From a virus: a DNA stretch of 64,000 nt. Of the stretch, positions 1-9,048 are shown piece by piece. Where the stretch lies: the IMG/VR virus record IMGVR_UViG_3300023180_000017, one strand, 5' to 3'. The notes under the pieces were generated by a model. That model was not told where the DNA came from. It searched no databases and worked only from the letters and a program-made list of their open reading frames with translations. Within the stretch, counting starts at the first letter, position 1. Each line of letters begins with the position of its first letter. A program made the position numbers and the translations under genes.

Positions 1-73
1 AACAGCTGAGGTAAGAGACGAGGCGAGAGTTCTACTAGGATTGAACCGAGTAGAAACATGTCAAAAATCTTAA
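1..73 (+). CDS. 3' end of a small hypothetical protein (partial)
   Basis: Frame from nt 2 reads TAEVRDEARVLLGLNRVETCQKS then TAA at 71-73, overlapping the next ATG. Confidence 0.5.
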   Translation, partial: TAEVRDEARVLLGLNRVETCQKS

Positions 74-642
74 TATGTGGAGATTCTTTTGCAGCAGATT
101 GGACCGTAAAATATCCCGATCAAAAGGGTTGGCCCAATATGCTAGCAGAACACCACGATGTAATTAATATAGCACAAGCGGGCTGTAGTCAATATAAGGT
201 ACTGAAACAAATAACGAGTATCTTTCCAGAGGACTTTGATAATATCATTATCTCACATACCAGCCCTTATAGGTTGCCTATAGTAAATCACCCACTTCAC
301 TTATATGATCCTCTCCACAAGGATAGCGATCTAATCTATTTGGATATAAAGGACAGGCCTGGATTGGAAGGGCTTGCTTCCTATTTTGAAAACCATATGG
401 ATTTAGAGTTTTGTACCTATATGCACACTACCATATGTCAAGAAATACATAATCTGACAGAATGGGACGAGGTGTTGCACATGACAGGAATCTTTTGGCA
501 TGATTTATATGAGTTCCCAGGAATGATCCATTTCGAAGATATTATGAAAGATCATCCTGGATTGATGAACCATATGAATGATGAAGGCAATAGAAAAGTG
601 CTGGAAAAGGTACTAGCGTGGATAGACGATGTATCCAAGTAG
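58..642 (+). CDS. SGNH/GDSL-like hydrolase or acyltransferase
   Basis: N-terminal ILICGDSF block, INIAQAGCS block, C-terminal NHMNDEGN His motif. Confidence 0.7.
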   Translation: MSKILICGDSFAADWTVKYPDQKGWPNMLAEHHDVINIAQAGCSQYKVLKQITSIFPEDFDNIIISHTSPYRLPIVNHPLHLYDPLHKDSDLIYLDIKDRPGLEGLASYFENHMDLEFCTYMHTTICQEIHNLTEWDEVLHMTGIFWHDLYEFPGMIHFEDIMKDHPGLMNHMNDEGNRKVLEKVLAWIDDVSK

Positions 643-1297
643 GGGCGATAAAGACTTTGAATTATATTGTGTAAATGATATCAAAGCATGGCAACCTAGC
701 TTAAGGGATCATGGCATAGACTATACGACAAACTCATTTAGAATGAGAATGTCTTCAGACCCTAAGTATAATCCAGATAGTGTCGTATTCTTAGGAGGAT
801 CAGATACTTGGGGTGTTGGCATGGCGTATGAAGATACCTATGTCCATTTAATATCCCAGCAACTAGGATTAGAAGCGGTTAATCTAGGTGTTCCTGCAGG
901 TGGTATGGACTCAGCATTTAGAATATATCACCAATGGCAACCTTTAATCAAGGCTAGATACACGGTTTTTAATGTAACACCTGGCGTAAGACGAGAAGTC
1001 ATATGTACCAGCAAAATAGATTATAGTAGAGTAACAGAGTGCAAGATATTAGGCAGATGGAACGTTGATTCGATGCCTGATTTATTACAGCAACACCTTA
1101 ATGATTATGAATATACGATGCAGAGATATAAGAACATCGCAGGTATAACAGCACTTGCCAAAGAGCATAACTCCCATCTTATTGTAATTGAGAACACAGA
1201 AGAGTGGCCAACTACAGCAGCAGATGGTATGCACTATGGTAAGGAATATCATACCTGGGTAACAGAACAAGCAATCAAAGGAGTAGCAAAGCAATGA
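629..1297 (+). CDS. SGNH-like hydrolase
   Basis: VVFLGGSDTWGVG, NLGVPAGG, and ADGMHYG (DxxH). Confidence 0.7.
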   Translation: MYPSRGDKDFELYCVNDIKAWQPSLRDHGIDYTTNSFRMRMSSDPKYNPDSVVFLGGSDTWGVGMAYEDTYVHLISQQLGLEAVNLGVPAGGMDSAFRIYHQWQPLIKARYTVFNVTPGVRREVICTSKIDYSRVTECKILGRWNVDSMPDLLQQHLNDYEYTMQRYKNIAGITALAKEHNSHLIVIENTEEWPTTAADGMHYGKEYHTWVTEQAIKGVAKQ

Positions 1298-1494
1298 TAA
1301 CTATCACATATTTAGAACTCTTCGGTATATTCGTTTTTTGTATTCTAGGTGTAGGCATAATGCAGTATAGACAAGGTTTAAAAGATGGTGCTAATGTGCT
1401 ATTAAAAATGTTTGAAGATAACGCAATCAAGGGAAGATTGACTATTGATTTTGGCGCCGATGGAGAAACTATTGAGCTCAACAAAAACCTATAG
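1294..1494 (+). CDS. Small membrane protein
   Basis: AAGGAG RBS, ATGA overlap with upstream stop, one N-terminal hydrophobic helix. Confidence 0.6.
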   Translation: MITITYLELFGIFVFCILGVGIMQYRQGLKDGANVLLKMFEDNAIKGRLTIDFGADGETIELNKNL

Positions 1495-1996
1495 CAGACA
1501 TCCTAATGTTCTAGAAGGTCCTAACTTCACGGTATTCTCTATGGGTCCGTTAGGTGTAGACCCTATACACGAGTTTCTCAATAGCAAAGGTATTCAAAAC
1601 ATCAAAGCCTACGTCAATCCTGCCTTTTATCCTAGGGTAGTCGAGAAGTTTCCTATTCACGATCATATAGCCATTCTAGCAGATCCTGTTAAAAGACATA
1701 TGCACAGTGCAGCAGTATATAAGCAATATTGTAAAGATCCTAATAGAGTTCTCACTATCTCAGACTTCTACAAATATCACCTATATCCTCATATGAATCT
1801 CTTACTCCCTGCCAACATACAGTTTATTCTATTTGACGAACTAAAAGATTATATAGGCGATTTAGACTTTACGTGGCGAGAAGGGATACAATTATTTGGC
1901 TTAGAAGAAGAAGTAAATAGCTATATCCAAATACTTAGTAGCAAACAAAAGGTAAGCGTAGAACGGTGGAACAATATTCTAAATCGTTGGCAATAA
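1460..1996 (+). CDS. Hypothetical protein, possibly degenerate sulfotransferase-like
   Basis: AILADPVKRHMHS resembles the RDPxxRxxS PAPS 3'-phosphate motif; the 5'-PSB loop is not recognisable; start uncertain. Confidence 0.4.
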   Translation: MEKLLSSTKTYSRHPNVLEGPNFTVFSMGPLGVDPIHEFLNSKGIQNIKAYVNPAFYPRVVEKFPIHDHIAILADPVKRHMHSAAVYKQYCKDPNRVLTISDFYKYHLYPHMNLLLPANIQFILFDELKDYIGDLDFTWREGIQLFGLEEEVNSYIQILSSKQKVSVERWNNILNRWQ

Positions 1997-2005
1997 ATAC
2001 TGAAT

Positions 2006-2221
2006 ATGAATAATTTTAACGCAGTTGCGCGAACGAACTTCTCCCAGAATAACCATGTCAAACAGACATCTAACAGGAATTCGCAGGTGAAAACATCAAA
2101 CACATCATATTCAGACATGTGTTATAAACACCACAACCTAGACACGGTTAATGACACAGAGAAGAACACAGTCAACACTCAATACGAAAATAACTTCGTA
2201 AATATTCTAAACGGAGTGTAA
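2006..2221 (+). CDS. Hypothetical protein (Asn-rich)
   Basis: ORF in line with neighbours; AATAAATA late-like box at 1992-1999. Confidence 0.4.
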   Translation: MNNFNAVARTNFSQNNHVKQTSNRNSQVKTSNTSYSDMCYKHHNLDTVNDTEKNTVNTQYENNFVNILNGV

Positions 2222-2222
2222 G

Positions 2223-2420
2223 ATGCTTAATAATCCATACACACCAGAAAAAGCACACTATAATAGTCTAACGGACTTTAAAACAGAACTAGAGAGAAAC
2301 AAACAAACAATCTCATCTTTTACAGGGTATGAACTAATCTGTAAGTATAAAGACCGCTTCGTGGTATATGGCTTATATGATAGAACTCTAACAGTACAGA
2401 TAATCAAACGATCTAAGTAA
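2223..2420 (+). CDS. Hypothetical protein
   Basis: GGAG RBS, 1 nt after upstream stop. Confidence 0.55.
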   Translation: MLNNPYTPEKAHYNSLTDFKTELERNKQTISSFTGYELICKYKDRFVVYGLYDRTLTVQIIKRSK

Positions 2421-2613
2421 AGAGAGACTCCGTGTGCCAAAGTGTGTTAAAGTGTGCCGTTCTATACTTGAATAGAAATTCTAAGGAAAACGGGGGAATA
2501 GACTGACCTTAATTGGCGTCTGCCCTTCTGTCAAGCACCGATTCGCCCTTTCTCTCGTTCGCCCTTTTCCTAGAAGTCAAGAGTTTTCAAAGACTTAGAA
2601 CACCAAAAAGTGC

Positions 2614-2642
2614 TTGACAAGTACCAAAAAAGGTGCTATACT
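2614..2642 (+). promoter_or_regulatory. Sigma70-type early promoter
   Basis: TTGACA-17 nt-TATACT with TG extended -10 and A-rich upstream sequence. Confidence 0.85.
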
Positions 2643-2675
2643 ATAGGGGTAAAATAAAGAAACGAGGAAAAAGAC

Positions 2676-3023
2676 ATGTTGAAATTACTCCAAATCCAAG
2701 TCCCACGCGAACAGTTCGACGCAGTTAATGAATTAGGTTGGGCAGAGGCCATGGAAAAGTTCCCGGCCGTAGAAGCCCATATGGCCTGTACTATGAAGGG
2801 TTCTGAGGGGTTTGTACTAGAAGCCCATAAAGAGTTCTATGTACATGTCGCGAATATACTTACAGACGACCTAGAGACGGCTTTCCATATACATAATGTA
2901 GGAGAAGAAGACCGTATACTACGTCTAGGCCGTCAGCACTCCATGTCCGTAGGCGACATTCTAGAAGACGAGGCTGGCAACTGGCACATTGTCGACGGCT
3001 TTGGCTTTAAACAAGTCGCATAA
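2676..3023 (+). CDS. YodL-like domain protein
   Basis: DLETAFHIHN...HSMSVGDIL...HIVDGFGF matches the YodL-type HSxSVxD and VDxxGF signatures; GAGG RBS. Confidence 0.6.
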   Translation: MLKLLQIQVPREQFDAVNELGWAEAMEKFPAVEAHMACTMKGSEGFVLEAHKEFYVHVANILTDDLETAFHIHNVGEEDRILRLGRQHSMSVGDILEDEAGNWHIVDGFGFKQVA

Positions 3024-3031
3024 GGAGACCC

Positions 3032-3493
3032 ATGTACATTGTTTGCACATACGGCGGTACCAAGGCTATGCGTGAATTGGCAGAGGATGTCGTAGAATTC
3101 ACATGCAGAGCCCTCATGCCACGAAAGCGTACACTTAATATAGACATTGAAATAAAAGACACTCTAAAAGAAGGGGCATGGGGTTTCTGCTGTAGCTATA
3201 ATGATCAACATACCATCGAATTGCACAATAAGATGGATAGTCTATATGAGTATATTGCTACTATATGTCACGAATGCGTACATGTACAGCAACACTGTAT
3301 GGGCATTCTAAACGAAGTGCGTGGCAAACAGATGTGGAAAGGCAGTGACTATACAGAAGTAGCGTATAGTAAACAGCCATGGGAAAAAGAAGCATTCGCG
3401 ATGCAGCACAAATTAGCCAAGGCCTATCTGAAACATCGAGGTATCACCATCACCAAGGCCAAGACACTCTCCCCTAGACGAAAGATACTCTAG
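3032..3493 (+). CDS. Zincin-like HExxH metallopeptidase, phage type
   Basis: TICHECVHVQQ plus downstream PWEKEA; AAGGAG RBS. Confidence 0.75.
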   Translation: MYIVCTYGGTKAMRELAEDVVEFTCRALMPRKRTLNIDIEIKDTLKEGAWGFCCSYNDQHTIELHNKMDSLYEYIATICHECVHVQQHCMGILNEVRGKQMWKGSDYTEVAYSKQPWEKEAFAMQHKLAKAYLKHRGITITKAKTLSPRRKIL

Positions 3494-3644
3494 ACACCCA
3501 GGATCCGAGCTATGGATTCTCTCTAGAAGTCAAGATATAATTAGGGTATATAGCACACGTCTAGATATCTCTTAAAAAAGTTTTCTGGGAATTTTTTTCC
3601 GTAGAAATTTTTCCGTTATAAGTATTCGCGTATAAGTATTCTAT

Positions 3645-4364
3645 ATGGCATTCCCTATGAGAGTTTATGAGCATTATTCATCCGACAATCCCACAACATG
3701 GGCAAAACATTTACAGTTTGAACACCCTAGAGATAGAGCGATCAAACATGGTTGGTACGATACTAATACGAAGAATATGCGTAATAGTATAGAGTATAAA
3801 CTTACAGAAGAAGATGAATATCGTACCGATGAATTTAACGAAGTAAGAGACTTTATGTTTATAGGTTGTTCTTGTACATTTGGTGTGGGTATACAATATA
3901 ATGATAGATTAGATCAGATAGTACAGCGTAACATGGGATTTACTTCGTATAATGTGGCTAAGCCAGGTATTGGTTGGGAAGGGTATTATCGTATCCTTTC
4001 CGAGAAATTGCAATATGCCAATACCATTGTTGTAATACCACCTTACAGTTATGCTCGTAGGGAAATACAGTTAGAAAATAAAACGATACTTATCACACCA
4101 CAACAGCCTGAAGGGCATTCAAATGCCAAACTTAGTTATAAGCCATATGAACTATTATGTGAAACAGAAACTAAAGTAATGGTACAACGAATGCTTGACG
4201 CGATTAAGTGGTTGTGTTATCGTAACAACAAGAATGTAATAGTTACACCCCGATTATTTGTACAGAGAAACAATGATATGGGTGCGAGAGACTTACAGCA
4301 TCCTGGTAAAAATGTACACTTGGATGCTTCTATACTTTTGGAACGGAAAATGAGGAAACTATAA
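3645..4364 (+). CDS. SGNH-like hydrolase
   Basis: FIGCSCTFGVG, NVAKPGIG, ARDLQHPG. Confidence 0.7.
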   Translation: MAFPMRVYEHYSSDNPTTWAKHLQFEHPRDRAIKHGWYDTNTKNMRNSIEYKLTEEDEYRTDEFNEVRDFMFIGCSCTFGVGIQYNDRLDQIVQRNMGFTSYNVAKPGIGWEGYYRILSEKLQYANTIVVIPPYSYARREIQLENKTILITPQQPEGHSNAKLSYKPYELLCETETKVMVQRMLDAIKWLCYRNNKNVIVTPRLFVQRNNDMGARDLQHPGKNVHLDASILLERKMRKL

Positions 4365-4915
4365 TGTCCAAAAAACTAAAAGATCGTTTTGATCTAGAAA
4401 CGGATATCATGCAATGTTGGAATATAGTAGATGACATTGATTTGCTATATGAGAACGTTTGTGATAATTCTAAATTTGATATGCCTCCCGAAACTAATGA
4501 TCGCATTGCAAACGCTTTGTTAGGACTTAAAGAATTGTATGAAATGCGCTTTGAACGACTTAATGATACCTTTGCCCAGACCTATCGTTTAGATAAATAC
4601 CGTGAGGTGGAGGACGAAGACAGTGACAGTGATTGGGAAGAAAGTGATTGGCAATGGGATAATGATGATGATGAACCAACTACTGTTCTGGTGGATGACC
4701 ATATTGATTTAGTTACTGTTCCTTTGCAATATGAACTCCCCATGGATTGGGCCTCTGATGCTAATTATAACTTTAATGTAACCGACTCTGCTGATGCTGA
4801 TTTAACGATGGGTGGAACGGTTACTATTACTACGGACGAAAAGGTGGGTGGACTAAAAGATCTTTTGAGTGGAACGGTTACTATTACTACGGACGAGCCA
4901 AGCGCTTCGCGATAA
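4364..4915 (+). CDS. Hypothetical protein with acidic C-terminus
   Basis: GAGG RBS, TAATG coupling; duplicated GTVTITTDE motif. Confidence 0.65.
   Translation: MSKKLKDRFDLETDIMQCWNIVDDIDLLYENVCDNSKFDMPPETNDRIANALLGLKELYEMRFERLNDTFAQTYRLDKYREVEDEDSDSDWEESDWQWDNDDDEPTTVLVDDHIDLVTVPLQYELPMDWASDANYNFNVTDSADADLTMGGTVTITTDEKVGGLKDLLSGTVTITTDEPSASR
4812..4896 (+). repeat. 28-nt exact direct repeat, 57-nt period
   Basis: GTGGAACGGTTACTATTACTACGGACGA at 4812-4839 and 4869-4896. Confidence 0.9.
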
Positions 4916-4931
4916 CTGCGTTGAATTTATT

Positions 4932-5666
4932 ATGGAAACAATTAAGAGAAAAGGTATTAAGTGGCATGTACTGCCGCGTAGAGATTTAATATTTGGCTTT
5001 ATTGACAAAACAGGTGACTTTGAACCGAAAGTAAAGAAGTCTGCTAAAAAGTATATTACGCCTAAGTCAACGGTGTTGGACATTGGATCTAATTTTGGAT
5101 CCTTTGTTATTCCTTTGGCCGTTCAGTTTCCCGATACCCAGTTTATAGCATTTGAGCCACAGCTTGAAGTATTTAAAGAGCTAATTGCAAACGCCGAACT
5201 TAATGAGCTCAACAACTTCAAAGCATACAATCAAGTATTATCCAATAAACCTAACATCATATTACACGCTCCCAAGGTAAAATACAGTGGTGATGATGCT
5301 GAATACAATTCAGGTGCCATGTGTTTTGATACGGAACTTAGGCAAAGAATACTGGAAAAGCAAGGGTACACAAAAAGAACACCTATGGAAATGGGTGCTC
5401 GTGATACATTAATATACAAGTCAAAGAGATTGGATCAATATATTGATGAAATAGAGAATGTCTCCGTAATTAAACTTGATGTAGAAGGTATGGAAAAGAA
5501 AGTATTAGAAGGTGCCATACAAATAATAAAGCGAGATAAACCTGTTATACTGTTTGAAATGTGGGATTGGTATTGGACAGGCTTGACAGAATGGTTAGAT
5601 ATGTTAAACTATGAAGTAAAACGTATTAATGGAGACGATTATATAGCATGTTCAAAAGAAAAATAG
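4932..5666 (+). CDS. FkbM-family methyltransferase
   Basis: VLDIGSNFG, AFEP, IKLDVEGME..VLEGA, KPVILFE; likely start ATG 4932. Confidence 0.9.
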   Translation: METIKRKGIKWHVLPRRDLIFGFIDKTGDFEPKVKKSAKKYITPKSTVLDIGSNFGSFVIPLAVQFPDTQFIAFEPQLEVFKELIANAELNELNNFKAYNQVLSNKPNIILHAPKVKYSGDDAEYNSGAMCFDTELRQRILEKQGYTKRTPMEMGARDTLIYKSKRLDQYIDEIENVSVIKLDVEGMEKKVLEGAIQIIKRDKPVILFEMWDWYWTGLTEWLDMLNYEVKRINGDDYIACSKEK

Positions 5667-7012
5667 CCTTTGTTATAACAGCACAACATTGTATTCCTCA
5701 CGGTGGCATAGGACAGTTCTGTAAATCTTTTGTCGATATGGCAAAAGAACTAGAATGGGCTGTTCATATTATATTGGATAAGGCTCCTGCTAAAAGTAGC
5801 TTAGTAGATTACTTACAAGAACAAGATAACGTCAACCTTTTTTACAGTCAAGGAACACAGCAATACACCAACCACAACAAGACATTCGTGTTTGAAGACA
5901 CAATGAACTTTGAACGTATGTTAAACGTTAGGGCCAATATGTTAGATGCCTTAGAACGTAACATATATGATATGGTGTTAATTAACAGCCCTGATGCTGT
6001 ATCCACAATTTACAACTTAGGCTTACAGCGCTTTGTACCTGTAGTCTTTTACACTCATTCAGAAAACTTTATCTTTTTAGAAAAAGGTGCTAATAAGGTG
6101 TTTAGTGAGGCATGCGTATATTATATGCAGAATCTCCTACAATTACCCGGTTTAACAATCGGAACACAAACTTCACTAAACACCAAGCACATTCAGGAAA
6201 ACTTTAACCTCAAATCCGTAGCTTTGCCTATGCGGGTTCCAGAACTACAGCTTTTGTTCAATGTCGACGTTGAAAAGGAAGGGGTGTTGTTCACAGGACG
6301 TTGGGAACCACGCAAGAACCCCAAAGTATTTTGTGACGCCGTAATAGAAATGGACGTCCCAGCTAAGGTACTTACAAATGCTAAAGGTAAGGAAAAGTTT
6401 GAGGCATACTTTAAAGAGCATAACTTTACCAAGTATGAAATACGGGCAAGCATAATTGGGCAGGAGAAGGTAGACTTTATACGAAGTGCTAAAATAGCAT
6501 TTCACCCAGCACAGTTGGAGTCATTTGGCTTTAGTGCTTTTGAGAGTTTACACTCTTGCCCAACCTTTTGCTTGGAAAAGTATGATTGGTGGAACAACTT
6601 TGCAGGACTTGTAGTTCCACTAGGCAACGACTATGTTGAGGAATTAAAAAGTGCATATAACACAGATGATCTAATGTATGAGGGGCGACTCAGAACCCTA
6701 TATAGCATAGATCAATATACTATAAAATCCTGGAAAGAATTTGTAGAAACAGATTCCTATGCAGGACAAAGTAATGTGGAAAATGCTCTTACAAAAGCAG
6801 TAGATGAAAGTGAACAGAGTTTTGGATTGTTACACTATTATTTGAACATATTAAAAAGACAAAGTATTGCAATAGATGATGTTCATACTGTTTATAAGAA
6901 ACAAAGTCAAATAACTTTAACACAATTATTGGAAGATACATATATAACTAAACAAGGAAGTGAATTCAACCCTATGGTTGAAGAAACTACATCATTGGAG
7001 GATTTATTTTGA
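5648..7012 (+). CDS. GT-B glycosyltransferase (GT4-like)
   Basis: HGGIG N-terminal loop, LFTGRWEPRKNP, ESFGFSAFE (E-x7-E). Confidence 0.85.
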   Translation: MFKRKIAFVITAQHCIPHGGIGQFCKSFVDMAKELEWAVHIILDKAPAKSSLVDYLQEQDNVNLFYSQGTQQYTNHNKTFVFEDTMNFERMLNVRANMLDALERNIYDMVLINSPDAVSTIYNLGLQRFVPVVFYTHSENFIFLEKGANKVFSEACVYYMQNLLQLPGLTIGTQTSLNTKHIQENFNLKSVALPMRVPELQLLFNVDVEKEGVLFTGRWEPRKNPKVFCDAVIEMDVPAKVLTNAKGKEKFEAYFKEHNFTKYEIRASIIGQEKVDFIRSAKIAFHPAQLESFGFSAFESLHSCPTFCLEKYDWWNNFAGLVVPLGNDYVEELKSAYNTDDLMYEGRLRTLYSIDQYTIKSWKEFVETDSYAGQSNVENALTKAVDESEQSFGLLHYYLNILKRQSIAIDDVHTVYKKQSQITLTQLLEDTYITKQGSEFNPMVEETTSLEDLF

Positions 7013-7269
7013 GAACAGAAGATCAATTAACACATTTTCACATATCATTGATTAAGTCGTTTTTAAGAATACTCGCAGGTTTTTTACTACTAGCAGTACC
7101 AGATGTTATGGTAAAAATGTTTGCAGGACTTTTTATTGCGTCAGAACTTTTTGGTATTTTAGAAGAGCTTGTAGGGGAGGCTAAAAGTGTACCCGGAAAT
7201 AATAATGTCCGTAACCCTGGGAAACATCGAAACAATTACTATCGAAGAAAACAAAAGCAGAGATCTTAA
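7009..7269 (+). CDS. Small two-helix membrane protein
   Basis: GGAGG RBS with TTG start; hydrophobic pair, basic tail. Confidence 0.6.
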   Translation: MRTEDQLTHFHISLIKSFLRILAGFLLLAVPDVMVKMFAGLFIASELFGILEELVGEAKSVPGNNNVRNPGKHRNNYYRRKQKQRS

Positions 7270-7317
7270 ACCATTTTCTGTTGTTGAGGAAGCTCAACTG
7301 CGTTTTGATTTCGACTG

Positions 7318-7857
7318 ATGGCAACTCTTATACACGAACACCAATTGGGATCTTGCTGTCTCATATCAGGCTCTGCTTGGTTGACTATACCTAAAAATGC
7401 TTCATCACTATTAAGAGAACTGTCAAAGCATGACGGTCTTTTATACAATGAAACAATTTTCAATTACCCACTTACTGTCGTTATAAGAGACCCCGTGGAT
7501 AGGTGGGTGTCCGGCATGTCCGAATATCTATCAAGAAAAACGGGAGGGTACTTTGTAATTGCAAATCAGCCAACTTACGATGATCTATACAACAAGATAG
7601 AGTATGATGCTCACACAGCACCGCAACATAGGTTTTTTGAAAACTTTACAGTAAATCAATTTTATTTGTTTGAAGACATTCCCAGCCTTTTCCCTAAATC
7701 GGAAAGGATAAACAGTATGGATTCTACGTGGATGAGACGTCAAGTGAAGGATTGGGTTCTTTCAAAGATGGATGATAGGCTTGAAAAACAAATAATCAAG
7801 TATTACGAAAAAGATTATCAGTTATATCAGGAACTTAAAAAACAAAGAAATGCTTGA
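7318..7857 (+). CDS. Sulfotransferase (family 2-like)
   Basis: IPKNASS (5'-PSB), IRDPVDRWVSG (3'-PB), HTAPQ, YEKDYQL. Confidence 0.8.
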   Translation: MATLIHEHQLGSCCLISGSAWLTIPKNASSLLRELSKHDGLLYNETIFNYPLTVVIRDPVDRWVSGMSEYLSRKTGGYFVIANQPTYDDLYNKIEYDAHTAPQHRFFENFTVNQFYLFEDIPSLFPKSERINSMDSTWMRRQVKDWVLSKMDDRLEKQIIKYYEKDYQLYQELKKQRNA

Positions 7858-7882
7858 CTTTTGTACCGTTTTGTCGTATAAT
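7854..7882 (+). promoter_or_regulatory. Sigma70-type promoter
   Basis: TTGACT-17 nt-TATAAT; the -35 contains the upstream TGA stop. Confidence 0.8.
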
Positions 7883-7902
7883 TTTATATACAAAATGAGG
7901 AA

Positions 7903-8553
7903 ATGACTATGAAAGTTAGCGCATCTAAGCAAAAGGTACCACAGTATATACTAGACAACGCTAGTAACTACAAAAGAACCAAGTCTGTTAGAAGGGTTAA
8001 TAAGCACGGGTTGCCTGTTTTTGATACTTCTAAGGCAGCTAGTGAACACAAGGATAGACCTAAAGTGTGTCAAACCAGAGGCTGTCATAATAAGCCATCT
8101 GTACAGGGCGGAGAAAGGCAAGGTTATTATTGGTTGATGTGGTGTTCTGAATGTTGTAAGAAAGACAGAGCAGACAGGCAAGGGTTTAGTAATACAAAAG
8201 AATACAAAAATAAATTAGCAGAAGATGCCGGTTTCTTATCTCACGGCGACAGATCTAAAGCAAGTCATAAATACCTGAAGTATAGAAAAACATTTTGTGA
8301 AAACATTGACGGTAGGTTAGGGTTTAAGTGTACGACTACAATTATCAATCCTCAATCTCATCCTAAAATATTTGAACAAAATACTAATGTGGATCCTGCA
8401 TGGAACGGATTGTTACATGTGGATCATATTGATGGAGATCCCTCCAACAACAATCAGGAAAATTTACAAACACTTTGTGTTTGTTGTCATACAATTAAAA
8501 CAGCATTATACGAAGACTATAGATCGCCAGGGAGAAAGACTTTGAAGTGTTAA
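7903..8553 (+). CDS. Free-standing HNH endonuclease
   Basis: LHVDHIDGDPSNNNQENLQTLCVCCHTIKT; Cys-rich N-terminal domain. Confidence 0.85.
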   Translation: MTMKVSASKQKVPQYILDNASNYKRTKSVRRVNKHGLPVFDTSKAASEHKDRPKVCQTRGCHNKPSVQGGERQGYYWLMWCSECCKKDRADRQGFSNTKEYKNKLAEDAGFLSHGDRSKASHKYLKYRKTFCENIDGRLGFKCTTTIINPQSHPKIFEQNTNVDPAWNGLLHVDHIDGDPSNNNQENLQTLCVCCHTIKTALYEDYRSPGRKTLKC

Positions 8554-8576
8554 ACGGGAAGCTAATGCTCCCCGTT
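8553..8576. terminator. Hairpin between convergent genes
   Basis: AACGGG-a-AGC taat GCT-c-CCCGTT; no strong U tract. Confidence 0.4.
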
Positions 8577-8587
8577 GTACACATGCC

Positions 8588-9037
8588 CTAGTCCTCGTTG
8601 TTAAGAGGATTGTCTAAAATCTTTTCAATTCTTTCTTCTAAGTCTTCTCTTAGTTCACGTACACTCTTGTCTGTTTCTCTCAAGGAATCGTTGACTCGCT
8701 CTTCTAAAGCGTAAACGTCATCTCTTAGTTCCCTTTGAGTTTCAGCTACGTTATCATCTGTATCTCTAGCTAGCTTTTCCACAGAATTAATATCGTCCAT
8801 AATTTCATCTATATCTGCCTCGATATTTTCTAACTGTGTCTGCAATACTGCTAGATTTTCATCATAATGTGAGAAGTCCGGGGAAACATAATTAACAATA
8901 GCTTCCTCAGCTGTCAATAATCTTTGATACAGTTCAAACCCTGCCCAAAGAGCCCCGAATAAAGTACCTAGAAGAGGAAGTATAACCAGAAGTTTTCCCC
9001 CGGTTATTTTCATTTCTCCTATTTCTATTTCTGCCAT
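8588..9037 (-). CDS. Membrane-anchored coiled-coil protein
   Basis: One N-terminal TM helix followed by heptad-rich acidic region; AAGGAG RBS. Confidence 0.75.
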   Translation of the reverse strand: MAEIEIGEMKITGGKLLVILPLLGTLFGALWAGFELYQRLLTAEEAIVNYVSPDFSHYDENLAVLQTQLENIEADIDEIMDDINSVEKLARDTDDNVAETQRELRDDVYALEERVNDSLRETDKSVRELREDLEERIEKILDNPLNNED

Positions 9038-9048
9038 TATTTTCTCCT

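Noticed and set aside
4812-4896. 28-nt repeat with 29-nt gap as a mini-CRISPR
   Set aside because: Only two copies, in frame within a CDS, not palindromic, no leader or cas genes.
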